From Eledone cirrhosa (lineage: Eukaryota), in contig OZ024741.1 in assembly GCA_964016885.1 (NCBI GenBank), positions 364,808,001 through 364,872,000 of the forward strand: DNA of 64,000 bases, read 5' to 3'. Numbering within the stretch: position 1 is the first letter of the stretch; every line of letters begins with the position of its first letter. The notes under the pieces were generated by a model that saw only the letters and a program-made list of their open reading frames with translations, had not been told where the DNA came from and made no database searches. The translations under genes were made by a program, and so were the position numbers. This document shows positions 17,247-29,841 of the stretch, one piece after another.

Positions 17247-17560
17247 ACAAACGTTGTGTGTGTGACTCGAATATTCGAATTCACTAAGCGCCGAGGAAAT
17301 ACATTTCTAAGAAGATGTAGGAAGCTCAGTCGCAGACAATAACTGTAATTTTTCACTTGCTATGAAATAGCTTGTAAGAACCTTTAGAGTCCGCAGACAC
17401 CATATTCCGCCACTAAGGGTTTTATTTTTATAAGCTATTTTATAGAAACTGAATGTAATTGCAGTTCTTTTCTGTGCTTGGGCTTTGTCCATCTTGTTAT
17501 AAATTTATTTCCTCGGCGCTTAGTAAGTTTGATAATCCGAACTTTACACATGATGTTTGT
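17247..17560 (+). repeat. Long imperfect inverted repeat (rod-like hairpin)
   Basis: Arms of about 130-150 nt align nearly without gaps; perfect core ACTAAGCGCCGAGGAAATA / TATTTCCTCGGCGCTTAGT. Confidence 0.9.
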
Positions 17561-17650
17561 TCATATTTTCAAAAGCCGTGTGATTCAGCTCCTTATTTAG
17601 ACGACAAGATCTTGTCAGGGTCTCGTTAGGTTAGTGGTTAGAGCACTTAT

Positions 17651-17704
<54 letters not shown>

Positions 17705-17795
17705 CACATATATATATATGTAATATAGAAAAAACACTGCCTGTACATAGAGTGCTTGATTTGGTACCAACACCAGTAATTCACTGTACTACCTA

Positions 17796-17861
<66 letters not shown>

Positions 17862-19300
17862 GCACACATACCATTCAAATCATGCCTTCTTTTCAACTCG
17901 GTATAATTCTTTCACTTTTCCTTATTCCTTATTCTTTTTCCCCCTAACTCTAAGAGTTTAACTTGAAGCGCCCGAGCCCTTCTCTTTCTATTTGGCGTAA
18001 GTATTTCCACTTTACACATATTGTTCATATTTTTGTTCATATATTTTTTCAACCACATGTCTTTTCTGTTCTCTATTTGTTAATTTTGTTTTAAGATTTT
18101 ACGTCTTAACGTTTATCTCGCATGTTCTCATATGTCGTCTTTTTATCGAAACAACGTGAAAATAGATTCTACATGAAGCAAAATCATAAAAATAATTCTA
18201 CAAAATAATTTATTTAAAAGTACATCTGATTTAAAAAAAAAATCATTGCGATGCAACAAACTAATGACTAATATTGAAAGTGGATATCATGCCGTTAATG
18301 ACCGAATAATTAATTGTCTGCTATCTGTAGTACTTAGCTCATGAAATGGACAGATATAGGTAGAATATTTTAATATTCTCTTAGTGTTACTTAAATTAAA
18401 TTTGGAAATTCTACTTCATATTGAAGATTATTTCATATTCTAAATGGAAATTTTGTTTTAAATTGAAACTTAATCAGCCGTCCGGTTTAACACCCCCGTC
18501 CGACATTTGGGTGCCTCTATCGGCGTCCATTCTGTTGCAAGTATTCAGGCAGTGTCTTCGGCTTGAAAACACCTTCCATTCTCCTCAGCTCCGTCTCAAA
18601 TCTACCAAGTGAAAAGAGTATAGGAGGCCTTTAAAAATGTCGTGTGTATTGCTTTTTCACATGACCGAGAGATACAAATAAGATATCCTGCATGTAGATG
18701 ATGAATTACCTGGATCAGACTACCTAACTACACTTAATTTCAGACATTAAAAACAGTCTCATTACAACTATAGTATTTACGGTAAATAAAACCAAAATGA
18801 ATATATGAAGATGATATTGAAAAGGTGATACAAGCTGAAGAAATTCTTTGGTAATACTAAATACATGAATTTTTACAGTATATTCTGTAAGGAATAAAAT
18901 GTTATTATTCAATTTTTCATCGTGGAGCCGAGATGAAGTGAAACCTTGTTCAGTATGCGGGGAAAAACTATGAATTCAATTTAATGAGCTGAGGTAAAGT
19001 GATAGATATAATTTCAAGAATAAAACAGATAAAAAAGGGAATGAGCATTCAGTTGCTCGATCAACTGAACACCGACTCGTGAATAAATATGTAAGTGGTT
19101 GGAAATTGCCTAGTCATGTATGCACTTATGTAATTCTTAGGCAGAACCAAATCAACGTTACAACACGTGACAAAACTGGGCTTTTTTAATTACAGGTACA
19201 ATCTATCTGACAGGCTTCCTTACAGTTCTATCTTGTCAATTTCGATCCCAATGTTTGGGCTCAACCAGAAACTGTCCAGTGAAACTATATGTACGTCTTA

Positions 19301-19473
19301 CAGACCTGCCAACTCTAAAAACCCAAATGGGGGAGTACTATGAAAAAAAGTGCCCCAAAATGGGGAGATTTTACATAATGAAAGCTATACCTATTTTCAC
19401 AAGAGAAGACATCTCTCACTCACCCCAGTGGGTGCGAGATCTCCCAGTCGGACGAGAAGAGTTGGCAGATCTC
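19301..19473 (+). mobile_element. MITE family B
   Basis: TIR CAGACCTGCCAACTCT / AGAGTTGGCAGATCT with flanking duplication CGTCTTA. Other copies at 31186, 32570, 41741 and 63945. Confidence 0.85.
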
Positions 19474-20226
19474 CGTCTTAATCACTCAGCCATGACTATG
19501 TGAAGTTATTGAGCATACTCTATGTGGCATAAATAACAGATTTACTAACTACAGTAGAGGCCATGGTAAAAATACGACCACAAAACACCACGCTTTGGGA
19601 TGGAAACCCATGACACTAAGAGTACGAAGTGGACGCCTTAACTACTCTGCCATACAATGCAGCAACCGACTAGACTATGTATTGTTCACGGAGGGCAGGG
19701 ATCGTGTAAATAGGTATTTAATTACTACACTGAAGACAAAGAAAAAAATAACGAGAAACAATGAGACGAATTAATTAAAACAAATACATTCTACCAAACA
19801 GTACTAATAGAGACAACGACAAAATTAATTCGAAAACTGAAGGAATTTAGTACATTTTGTAATTTACACAAAATTTACACAGAATGTACAAAAACAAACA
19901 AACAAAGAAAACAAAACGAAAAAAAAAACACAATCAAGAAGAGTAAACAAAAGAAAATATATAATTTTGAATTACGTGTTACCTAGCAACCTAGTATCTC
20001 TTTGAGTATTAGTAGGAAACAATGTTTCTCTTCCCGCAGTAAGATTTTCTTTTATAATTGGCACTATTCATCTTTCTGATGAGTAAGTATATATACAGCA
20101 GTTAATATTTTCATGTCCCAAGTTTATTATATATATTTTCATAAATATTTTCTTTCTATTTCTCTTTCTGTCTGTCTACTACACTGTAATTTTCTAAAAT
20201 GACCCTCTGAGGTTAAAAAAAACTAC

Positions 20227-20258
<32 letters not shown>

Positions 20259-20521
20259 AACACATATGCATGTATATGTGCGCGCGTATGTCTATATAAA
20301 CATTATTATGCGTGTATATATATATATATACATATGTAAATATATATATATATATATATAATATATATATAATATATATATAATATATATATAATATATA
20401 TATATAGGAAAATGTTCAAGACCCCGAGGCAGAACTCACGCTGTTTCGACGGCTATTTCACTCTAAGTATTGAGTACTCTGGTGCGTTTTGGTCCACCTG
20501 GTTAAAACCACACTTCTTTCG

Positions 20522-20562
<41 letters not shown>

Positions 20563-21071
20563 TTAATACAATAACAGAGATAGTTTAAAGCTAATCTCTG
20601 ACTGGTAGCCATCTCACTCAACAAACATTAGGTTATATTTTAATATAAACCCAATTTAAATGTTTGGGGTGCTAACAATATGTATTATGTGGAAAAGCCA
20701 GTTGTATTATTTTATGAGATATAATTAAAGTTAAAATATATCTCTCTTTCCAAACAATTGTTTCATCATAAGTTTTCTACAAATTCGGAGAATATTTCCA
20801 GTTTATGTAGAAGCCTAAAATACATTCATGTTAGAATATATTTAGGTGGGCGCTTATAAATCATCAGTGGAAGCCCATTAAACTTTGATATAAGAAAAAA
20901 ACTTTTCTTACCGCAGTTAAAATTCGTGTCTGTTAAGTTGCTCCTTCCCGCATTGAATGACCGGCAAATTTGAAATTCCAGCAGTTTTTGACTGAGGAAG
21001 TATTATAGCGTCACTAAGCGGGAAGGGGAGACAACTACGATCCACGAAAGGAGGAAAAAAAAAAAATAATA

Positions 21072-21515
21072 TACACGCGGGTTAATCAGTTTTTTCGAAA
21101 ACATTATCAATCCAACGTGTTAAGAACTCAATTGAAATTAAAAAAATAAATATATGCGTGTATAAATTACACACGCATATAGATATTTTCTTAGGCTAAA
21201 ATCAGAGGTTGTACCTGAATAAGAAACCGCATCTCGTAACCGTAGTAAATACGGAAAGTTATGCTTTAAAGGGCAAATGGGAATGTAAATCTCCGGCCGA
21301 ATTAAGAGTAAAATATAAAACACACGCGGGTTAATTAGTTATTTCAAAACTAATATCAATTCCTCATGTAAAGAACTCAATTAATTAAAAAAAATAAATG
21401 TATGCATGTAATTATATACATAGGCATATATATATTTTCTTAGGCTAAAAAACAGAGAAGTTACAACCAATAAAAACCACAATATCGCACAACAGTAATA
21501 AATACGGAAAGTCAA
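21072..21515. repeat. Diverged tandem duplication, unit about 250 bp
   Basis: ACACGCGGGTTAAT..AAGAACTCAATT..TATTTTCTTAGGCTAAAA..AATACGGAAAGT occurs twice. Confidence 0.85.
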
Positions 21516-21899
21516 ATTTATATATATAAATGTAAATACAAAGAATCATTAGATAAAATATATACAGTATTTTCTCTCCCAATCAGTATAAATTAACCAC
21601 ACAAAACATCATTTAAACAAGGCTATAAGATTAAAATGTACTTATGAAGAAACAATAGACAAATAATACAGATTCTTTTGCGCGATGTACAACCATATGA
21701 CATTTACCTAGTATTTCTCTTAGCCTGTAGAAATTGACTAGATAAATAGTTAACTACACGGAATTAGGTACAAAATCGAAGTTTGAAGAAAAAATGCACA
21801 TAAATATTACCAAAATTCTCATCGTCTCTACCAACCGGTGGTTTCGTTCTACTAACCCTCTTCCTTTAGCCTTCGACCGTCCCCCCTACTAATACCACT

Positions 21900-23452
21900 A
21901 AAACACTCCCAAGATTCCCCATCCCCTCCACTTCCAGCCACCCCCTTAGCCCACCCCACAACTAATAATACTAGCACACCACCCCTCCTTCTATCACACG
22001 CGCACCCACACCCTCAACACGCACACACCCACCAGTACATATATACGCTCACTCAGACTATTCACACACCCTACTACCACCACTAACCCCCACCCACACA
22101 TCCACATCCAACCACCCCACAACTAATAATATTAAACATCTCCCCAACCCCCCTCCCCCCTCAACACACACACGAACACACACCAGCACACATACACTCA
22201 CCCACACTCACATACACACCGATACACCACCAACTCCACACACACACTACCACCACTAACCCCCACTTAAACACCCGTATTCAACCCCCACCACCAATAA
22301 TACTAACACCCACCCTACCACACAGACACACACACACATATACCCAAACACGCACTCACACACCAGTAAATTACACTCACTCATACTGTCCCCCCCTCTC
22401 TCTCCCCCTGCCCTTCCCCACACATCTCGCTAACACCTCCACTAATATACACACAACCCTCCTCCACAACGCCACCCTCTGCCTCAACCTTTCACACATA
22501 CCCATCCCCTCCTCTGTCCACCGCACCTCCGCACACACATTCCACACCACATACAGACCATCTCTAACACCCGTCCGTCTGCCTTCATCCCTACCACTGC
22601 CTGTCTGTCACCCTCCTACTTCTATCTTCTTTCTCCCGCATCCTTCGCCCTGCCTTGACCATGTTGACCACTTCCTGTTGTGCGCGTACCCCACAACTCT
22701 CTACTTTCTCCGCACCTTACCAAGGCTTCTACACCACTGGTCACACCGCTCCAGTCATCCATCCTGTTATACTCGGATTTTTCACCATCTCTTCCTATAC
22801 TCAGCGGGAAAACATTCTGGAGCACACACACACAAGCACACTATTTTCGCACACACGCAACCATACATCCATACCACACAACACACACACATACACTCGT
22901 GCGTATCCTCACATACACAACCTCCGGACTCCGCACGTCCCCTCTCCCACACCACCTCTGACCCCTCTCCATCCCCACGCTCACACACACTGACTTACAC
23001 CCCACCTCATGTACACGCTGGTTTTCCTATTACCCGAACATGGAACCTCGTTCTTTCCCAAAATCTCATACTCACATCCACACATACACACACGTACACA
23101 CACACACCTACACATATACACACATACACACACACCACCATCCGCCCTTCCCGCTCGGACCCCCTGTCTCCCTTTCCCGGCTCCATCCACCCCCACACGC
23201 CTCACACCCTTTCACCACTTGTTTAATTTTAATTTTTTTACCCTCTTTTTAATTGTTTTTCCTTCCGTGCCCCCCCCTTTAATGTTTTTCCACCACTACC
23301 CCCTCACTCTCTCGGAACTCTTTTCCTTCCCACTTTTCTCCTGATGAAGGGCTTATGCCCGAAAGGTCGTCCCGCACCCCCACTCTCAAGCATGAACCTA
23401 ATACTAACACTTTGTACAGCACTCTTCGTTATTGCTTTTGTTTTGTTTTAAC
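21900..23452 (+). mobile_element. C/A-rich 3' UTR and pLTR of a Penelope-like element
   Basis: Homologous to 60010-60573 (GAACATGGAACCTCGTTCTT, CCCGCTCGGAC); ends in a hammerhead core and a TA repeat. Confidence 0.65.
23338..23372 (+). ncRNA. Minimal hammerhead core (degenerate)
   Basis: CTGATGA-a-GGGC ttat GCCC-GAAAgGTC. Confidence 0.65.
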
Positions 23453-23610
23453 TTATATATATATATATAACCAAAAGTTAAACAAGGTTCATTGATTAAT
23501 CAATGAATATAGTTTTACAATAGATTAGAAGCACTCAACAAGGAAAGTTTTCTGGAGTTATTAATATTAATTCAAAATATTAATAAATATAGACATTCAA
23601 CGTAATCAAA

Positions 23611-23682
23611 ATATATTTTATTATATATATTTCGGATGTACTGTGCTGTTTTTTCAGTACGTCCTCATCACATAAAATATAT
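23611..23682 (-). ncRNA. Type I hammerhead with a C3>G core mutation
   Basis: Reverse complement: ATATATTTTAT-gTGATGA-GGAcGTACTG..CAGTACaTCC-GAAA-TATATA-TA-ATAAAATATAT. Confidence 0.75.
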
Positions 23683-23742
23683 AAATTGATGTATGACATA
23701 CCTCAACTGTGCTGATGGTTCAATTCCAGTCTTGGCAGTCAG

Positions 23743-24445
23743 ACTAATTTGTTGACAGAAATGATTAGCCTATGGTTCATCAGCGTGTGTAAGGCTATAC
23801 ATTTCAGACAACACTAAAAGATTCCATACACTGGTGGTTTTTCCCTGTTTGACTGATGGCGCACTGTCTCTCTCTCTCTGGTGTGTTATCTTTTCTACAT
23901 ATTGTATTATAAAGGGCTCGGGATTCCTTCTCCTTTGAGCACATTAATGACAGGGAATAGCGAGAGTCTATGGCTCCGTTAATTTATCGTAATATTTCGC
24001 TCCTTATAACAGTCTTTCCTCTCTCTCTGTTTGGTTGAGCACACTTCTCTGAGTGGTTTGGGCTGCCCTTTCAAGCAGCTCGCCCCTCAGAGTCCACTGG
24101 TTACTGCCCTAGGCACGCTGTGAATTCTCTCTCCCATGTGTGACTGGACGGTCGCTTTAGATTCTTTTAGAGTTGTCTGAAATGTTATAGCCTTACACAC
24201 GCTGATGAACCATAGGCTAATCATTTCTGTCAACAAATTAGTTGGTGAAACAGATCCTTTTGGATTTGTACGTGTGTGTTAGATAGTTATCAAGGTATGT
24301 GTTTAAACTTTGATTTATACTTTTAATTATTGTGTGTCTACTTTGCCTTCCATGGGCTATAGATTCCATACACTGGTGGTTTTTCCCTGTTTGACTGATG
24401 GCGCACTGTCTCTTTCTGGTGTGTTATCATTTCTACATATTGTAT
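23743..24445. repeat. Nested inverted (23743-23820 vs 24160-24243) and direct (23819-23905 vs 24362-24445) repeats
   Basis: Direct comparison. Confidence 0.85.
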
Positions 24446-24467
24446 ATATATAATTATATATATATAA

Positions 24468-24539
<72 letters not shown>

Positions 24540-24572
24540 TACTATTATTATTGTAATTATTATTATTATATA

Positions 24573-24686
24573 TGAGTTCAAATCCCGCTGAGGTTGACTT
24601 TTCCTTTCATCCTTACGGGGTCGATAAAATAAAGTACCAGTAATACACTGAGTAATTGCTGGCCTTGTGCCTAAAGTAGAAACAAT

Positions 24687-24690
<4 letters not shown>
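24573..24690 (+). mobile_element. SINE family A, 5'-truncated
   Basis: Present from the B box onward. Confidence 0.85.
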
Positions 24691-24728
<38 letters not shown>

Positions 24729-25829
24729 CAAAGAAGGTCTGGTAAGATACCAGGTGGACCATAACGCACCAGAATATATATTACAACAGGTTATTTATAT
24801 AAATAATTTTGGTGAGTATATATGTTGTTTTTATTAATAGATGAATAATTTAAATATTTTTTATATGTGAAGAGTTACGATGAATTTGTTTTGTTTACAT
24901 TTTCAATATTTCAACATTTTCAATATTTTAAGAAAGTGGAAATAGTTCAATTTTATTATAGAAGGTTATTTTGTACATTCAATAGTTGCATCAAGATAGG
25001 AATACATTTACGAAATTATACAAACAAATTTTAATATTTATGTAAAGTTTAGTTGTTATTAGAAAAAATGTGTAAGCGTGTTACATTATAAAGGAAAAGA
25101 TAACTCCAATATTTCTTAGTTAAAATAGTTAAGTTATATTTACCGTTTATTCCAGAATTTACTTTAAAAAAATATTCTAATTAAGATATATGTAAAAAAA
25201 ATTATATATTATTTTATATATGATTTTATAGTATCATATATTACATATTTTCTAAGATAAAAATTCTTTTATATATGTATTTGGAACGATTTCGAAAGCG
25301 CCCGCATACAAGAATATGGCTCTCTCAAGAATTTGTCATTTGTGTATTGAGGAAATATTTCATATAGTTACCAATCAAAATAACTCTATAAATAAAAAGA
25401 AAGATTTATTCAAGTCCTGCAACCATCGTTAATCTAAGACTTTCAAAAATTTCTATAATATTATTTTATCTCACTTGTTTACATTTTATATGTGTTCATT
25501 ATGATTCGTTGATGTTTTGTGATATTTTTTTAATGATATTTTTTTAAATGATATATTTCTTAAATGATATTTTTAAAATGATATTTTAAAATATATCTTT
25601 TTGTGATAGTTTTAATGATGTTTTTGAATATACTTTTGATGCTTGTTGTATTTCTTCCTAATAGACTATATAGACATTGCAAATCCATACATATAAATGC
25701 TTAATTATAATTAACCTATGCATAGATATAAGGAATGCTATCTAAATGCATACATAAAATAATTTTTATCTTAGAAAATATGTAATATCTTCTTGTTGTC
25801 CATCGTAAACAATGATGACAACTTCTTTA

Positions 25830-26466
25830 TTGTTGTTCCCGTCTGCCGTGGGCACGAAGGTGGTTCTGGAGGCCGATCCTCGACTTGCAGGTCCGGGGAC
25901 AGTGGGGGCAGGGGAAGGGACCGGAGTCAGACTGGCAACTCCAAGAGGTTACCTCCATCTCTCGCCCATCGCCGCAAGGATTTGGGAGTGCACGCTAAAG
26001 AAGAAACCTGTGCGGGAAAGGTTTATAGTGGGAGGGCCAGTGCACAGTGACGGTCCCACTCACACGGCCGCAGAAGCCAGAATCCGGTGGTACGGAGGAC
26101 GGCGTCTTTAGTGCCTTGCCGTTACCTAGCGCTCCATACCACTTGTTGTCGCCGCCTTTGTGACCGTTGGGACGATGTTGTCCTCCTCTACTCACTCCGC
26201 CGGGTCCAGTCTTCGCATGCAGGGGCAGGCATCCCCATATATAACTCACCATGGGGTTTCAGACCCATCCAACCACCCTCAACGTGGTTCGGCCGACCAG
26301 CCAAGGCGGTTTACAGGGGTGTGGCCTCTGTCGTATGCTACAGCTTCTCGGGGCCACAGGTGAGAGCTGAGTGACAGGTGGGGCCCAATGCAGGACGAGC
26401 TGTCCCGAAAAGAGCATGGCTAGCCTCCTCCCTACAGAGGTACATGCCACTTCCTGACACTCCAGG
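25830..26466 (-). mobile_element. GC-rich insertion, probably a non-autonomous RTE-derived element
   Basis: Sharp GC shift inside the PLE UTR and a CAA-type tail on the minus strand. Family assigned by resemblance only. Confidence 0.45.
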
Positions 26467-26529
26467 CATATACACACGCATATACATACACATACATATG
26501 TACATGTGTATATAAATATTTACACATAT

Positions 26530-26723
26530 TTGGATGGCCGTTGACTCTTATGAGTTCTTCCGCCCTTTGTCAGGTTTTGTTTTTTGTCCTGCAGGGTGTC
26601 CAAAAAATCACCCTCCTCACCAAGTAAACTTGGTGGGGTTGCCAGTTTAGTCGCCGACGACCCGACCATGGGACAGGTTGTACTGGTTTACATTTTACCA
26701 GTAGCACTCAAGAGTGACCTGAC
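26530..26723 (-). mobile_element. Short structured SINE-like insertion
   Basis: GC-rich with several hairpins; the PLE UTR resumes right after it. Confidence 0.45.
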
Positions 26724-27742
26724 ATAAATATATATGTAATATATGATACTATAAAATCATATATAAAATAATATATAATTTTTTTTACATATATCTTAAT
26801 TAGAATATTCTAGAATAAACGGTAAATATAACTTAACTATTTTAACTAAGAAATATTGGGGTCATCTTTTCCTTTATAATGTAACACGCTTACACAATTT
26901 TTCTAAGTAACAACTAAACTTTACATAAATATTAAAATGTTTTTGTATAATTTCGTAAATGTGTTCCTATCTTGATGCAACTATTGAATGTACAAAATAA
27001 CCTTCTATAATAAAATAGAACTATTTCCACTTTCTTAAAATATTGAAAATGTTGAAATATTGAAAATGTAAACAAAACAAATTCATCGTAACTCTTCACA
27101 TATAAAAAAATATTTAAATTATTTATCTATTAATAAAAACAACATATATACTCACCAAAATTATTTATATAAATAACCTGTTGTAATATAATAAAATAAA
27201 ATATACTTACAACCCTAATTCTTCATAAAATATACCTATAAATATTATATCTATAATATTAAAACTCACTATTACAGTAGACCCAACAGTAGTATCTCTC
27301 ACTTTTCAAAATTAATATTCTACCACTTTAACACATTTATAATTCTCATATTATAGATACTCCCAAAATATATAATTATATAATTAAATAAATAAATATA
27401 ATTATTTCACTCTCTTTACACCACCACAAGTACGATCCATAGAATTATATATTAATAAAAATAGTCTATTTCTAACTCTAATATACTATTTCTTATATTC
27501 TTTCCTTAAATTTTCTTCCACCCTAATATTATTATTAACCTCTTTCTCTTCTTCCCTTAAACATAATCCTAATAATTATTTCAATTTACCTAGCGTCTAA
27601 ACATAACGATCTTTTTCAACTTTACGTTATCCTCATTGACATATTCATCCTTAGATTTGAATTTCTTTTTCACTATTCAAACAGAACTTAAAACGATAAG
27701 TTCTTGTTTTTAGATATGTCACTATCTGTAAAACAACTTTTG

Positions 27743-27803
27743 TATTTTATCTGATGAGAGCGTACCAAAATGTTGGTACCCTTGAAATATATATAATAAA
27801 ATA
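27743..27803 (+). ncRNA. Type I hammerhead ribozyme
   Basis: TATTTTAT-CTGATGA-GAGcGTACCAA aatg TTGGTACcCTT-GAAA-TATATA-TA-ATAAAATA. Confidence 0.92.
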
Positions 27804-27934
27804 AATATGGTTTTATAAAGATAGTTTCCCTTTATTAATATTATAGTTATTATACTCCAGAAGAATATTGTAGAATGCTTCGAATCTGTTATAAATAAAT
27901 TTGTTGAATAACCAACAAATTAAATAACTCTTTA

Positions 27935-27986
<52 letters not shown>

Positions 27987-28119
27987 TAGAAGGGGTATTT
28001 AATTTGTTGAAAGTCCAACAAATATAAATGTTTATAACTCATTTAGAACGCTCAACAGTTTACTGGAGTAAATATTCGATGATATTAAATAAATGGAAAC
28101 TATATTTATAAAACCATAT

Positions 28120-28183
28120 TTATTTTATTATATATATTTCAAGGGTACCAAGGCCCATTGATACGCTTTCATCAGATAAAATA
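28120..28183 (-). ncRNA. Type I hammerhead (inverted copy)
   Basis: Reverse complement of 28258-28320. Confidence 0.88.
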
Positions 28184-28257
28184 CAAAGTTTGTTTTATAA
28201 ATAGAGACGTACCCATGAAAATCATACTTTATCGGTTAAGGTATAAAACAAACTTTG

Positions 28258-28320
28258 TATTTTATCTGATGAAAGCGTATCAATGGGTCTTGGTACCCTT
28301 GAAATATATATAATAAAATA
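28258..28320 (+). ncRNA. Type I hammerhead ribozyme
   Basis: TATTTTAT-CTGATGA-AAGcGTATCAA..TTGGTACcCTT-GAAA-TATATA-TA-ATAAAATA. Confidence 0.9.
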
Positions 28321-28380
28321 AATATGGTTTTATAAATATAGTTTCCATTTATTTAATATCATTGTGTATATATGTGTATA

Positions 28381-28474
<94 letters not shown>

Positions 28475-28639
28475 GAGAGTATGTTGTCATTATGGACATA
28501 AAATACTACACAAACATTATATAAATTATGATACGGGACCATACATACTATGGATAAGCCAAAGATTATGAACTTCTTAAAATGATAAACTCACTCATTT
28601 ACTACACCCATACCAACATTTTCTATCTAAAATATACAA

Positions 28640-29460
28640 GAATAAACCAATTAATGAGACATACGGAATGACGAAATCCGATTATGTAATTATTCCCTCA
28701 CCAATTGATTATATCAGGCTCAATTTGCGAGAGAGGTTTTCTACTAACTTCCAAAGCTTGTTAATGAAGCATCTCCTCAAACATATTCGGAACTTCATAC
28801 AATATGATTCATATATACTCAATCTTCTAGTAAACGAAAACACTTAAATTGTTTCATCGGATGTTGTGAACCTATATATTAGCATTCCACTTGGTTACGG
28901 AATCGAAGCTATTAATTACTGGTTAGACTCATTCTCTTCAGAGCTACCAGACCGTACTGATAGAAAATACGTTATAGATGGTTTATTAAAAGAAAACAAT
29001 TATTGTATGTTCGATGAAATAGCGTATCGACAAGACCCAGGAATAACCTTGGTAAAAACGTTGACCTAACCTAATCATGAAATACCATGAATTAAAGAAT
29101 TTCGAACAATCCTCACAAAACTACGGGAATAAATTAAGCTGGTATAAAAAATAAAACGGGAAAAGATTCCCCGACTGCTTTAGTTTGTGGAGGGAAAATC
29201 TTGATAAACTGAACAATTTTCAAAGGTCATAAATAATATAAACCCTAACATCCAATTCATTTTGGCATTCAGTAAATACAAAAACCTTCTGAGATATATT
29301 AATAACAAAAAATATCACAAGACTAGAAACTGATATATATTTCAAACCTACTGATTTCCGTCATTATCTCCTTCTTGCGTCATGTCATCCAAAGCACACT
29401 CGGAGCAATATTCCATTTAATTTAGCTAAGCGAATTTGCACAATAGTTTCAAACCCCAAA
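28640..29460 (+). pseudogene. Decayed RT of a second PLE clade (Neptune/Poseidon-like)
   Basis: SDVVNLYISIP, ENNYCMFD..YRQ..G and TDIYFKPTD..YL...SCHPKHT..NIPFNLAKRICTIVS, with frameshifts. Confidence 0.85.
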
Positions 29461-29657
29461 ATGAGCGCCCACAAATAAGAAGAGATGAAAAATAATAGTG
29501 ACGAATGCATAGCTACATGTGATTAAATATCCTGAATTTAGAAAATTCAACCGACCAAACAGCAGAGTATGGAGCTACCTCTTAGAAAATCCAGAATTTT
29601 GCTTTAAAGAGGGAATGTATACTTCGGCTGCTTAGTGCACAACCCTATATCTTTAAA

Positions 29658-29841
29658 TAATTGTTTCTACTTTTGGCACAAGGCCAACAATTACCCAGTG
29701 CATTGCTGGTACTTTATTTTATCGACCCCGTAAGGATGAAAGGCAAAGTTAACCTCGGCGGGATTTGTATTCAGATCATAAAGGGAGGTAACTCTATTCT
29801 TCAAAGCATGGCGTCCGACCCTCTACCGATACTGCCAATCT
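29658..29841 (-). mobile_element. SINE family A
   Basis: Family match. Confidence 0.85.

Larger units (their letters stand above)
24775..27937 (+). mobile_element. 5'-truncated Naiad-type PLE with an inverted 5' duplication of about 480 bp
   Basis: 25310-25450 encodes ICHLCIEEIFHI..SINKKKDLFKSCNHR. 24775-25250 is the reverse complement of about 26730-27190. pLTR hammerhead at 27743. Confidence 0.82.

Noticed and set aside
22622-23344. His/Thr/Pro-rich ORFs
   Set aside because: Low-complexity CA-rich retroelement UTR.
25793-26477. Short ORFs in the GC-rich island as host exons
   Set aside because: They overlap on both strands, show no recognisable domain, and are nested in a PLE UTR.
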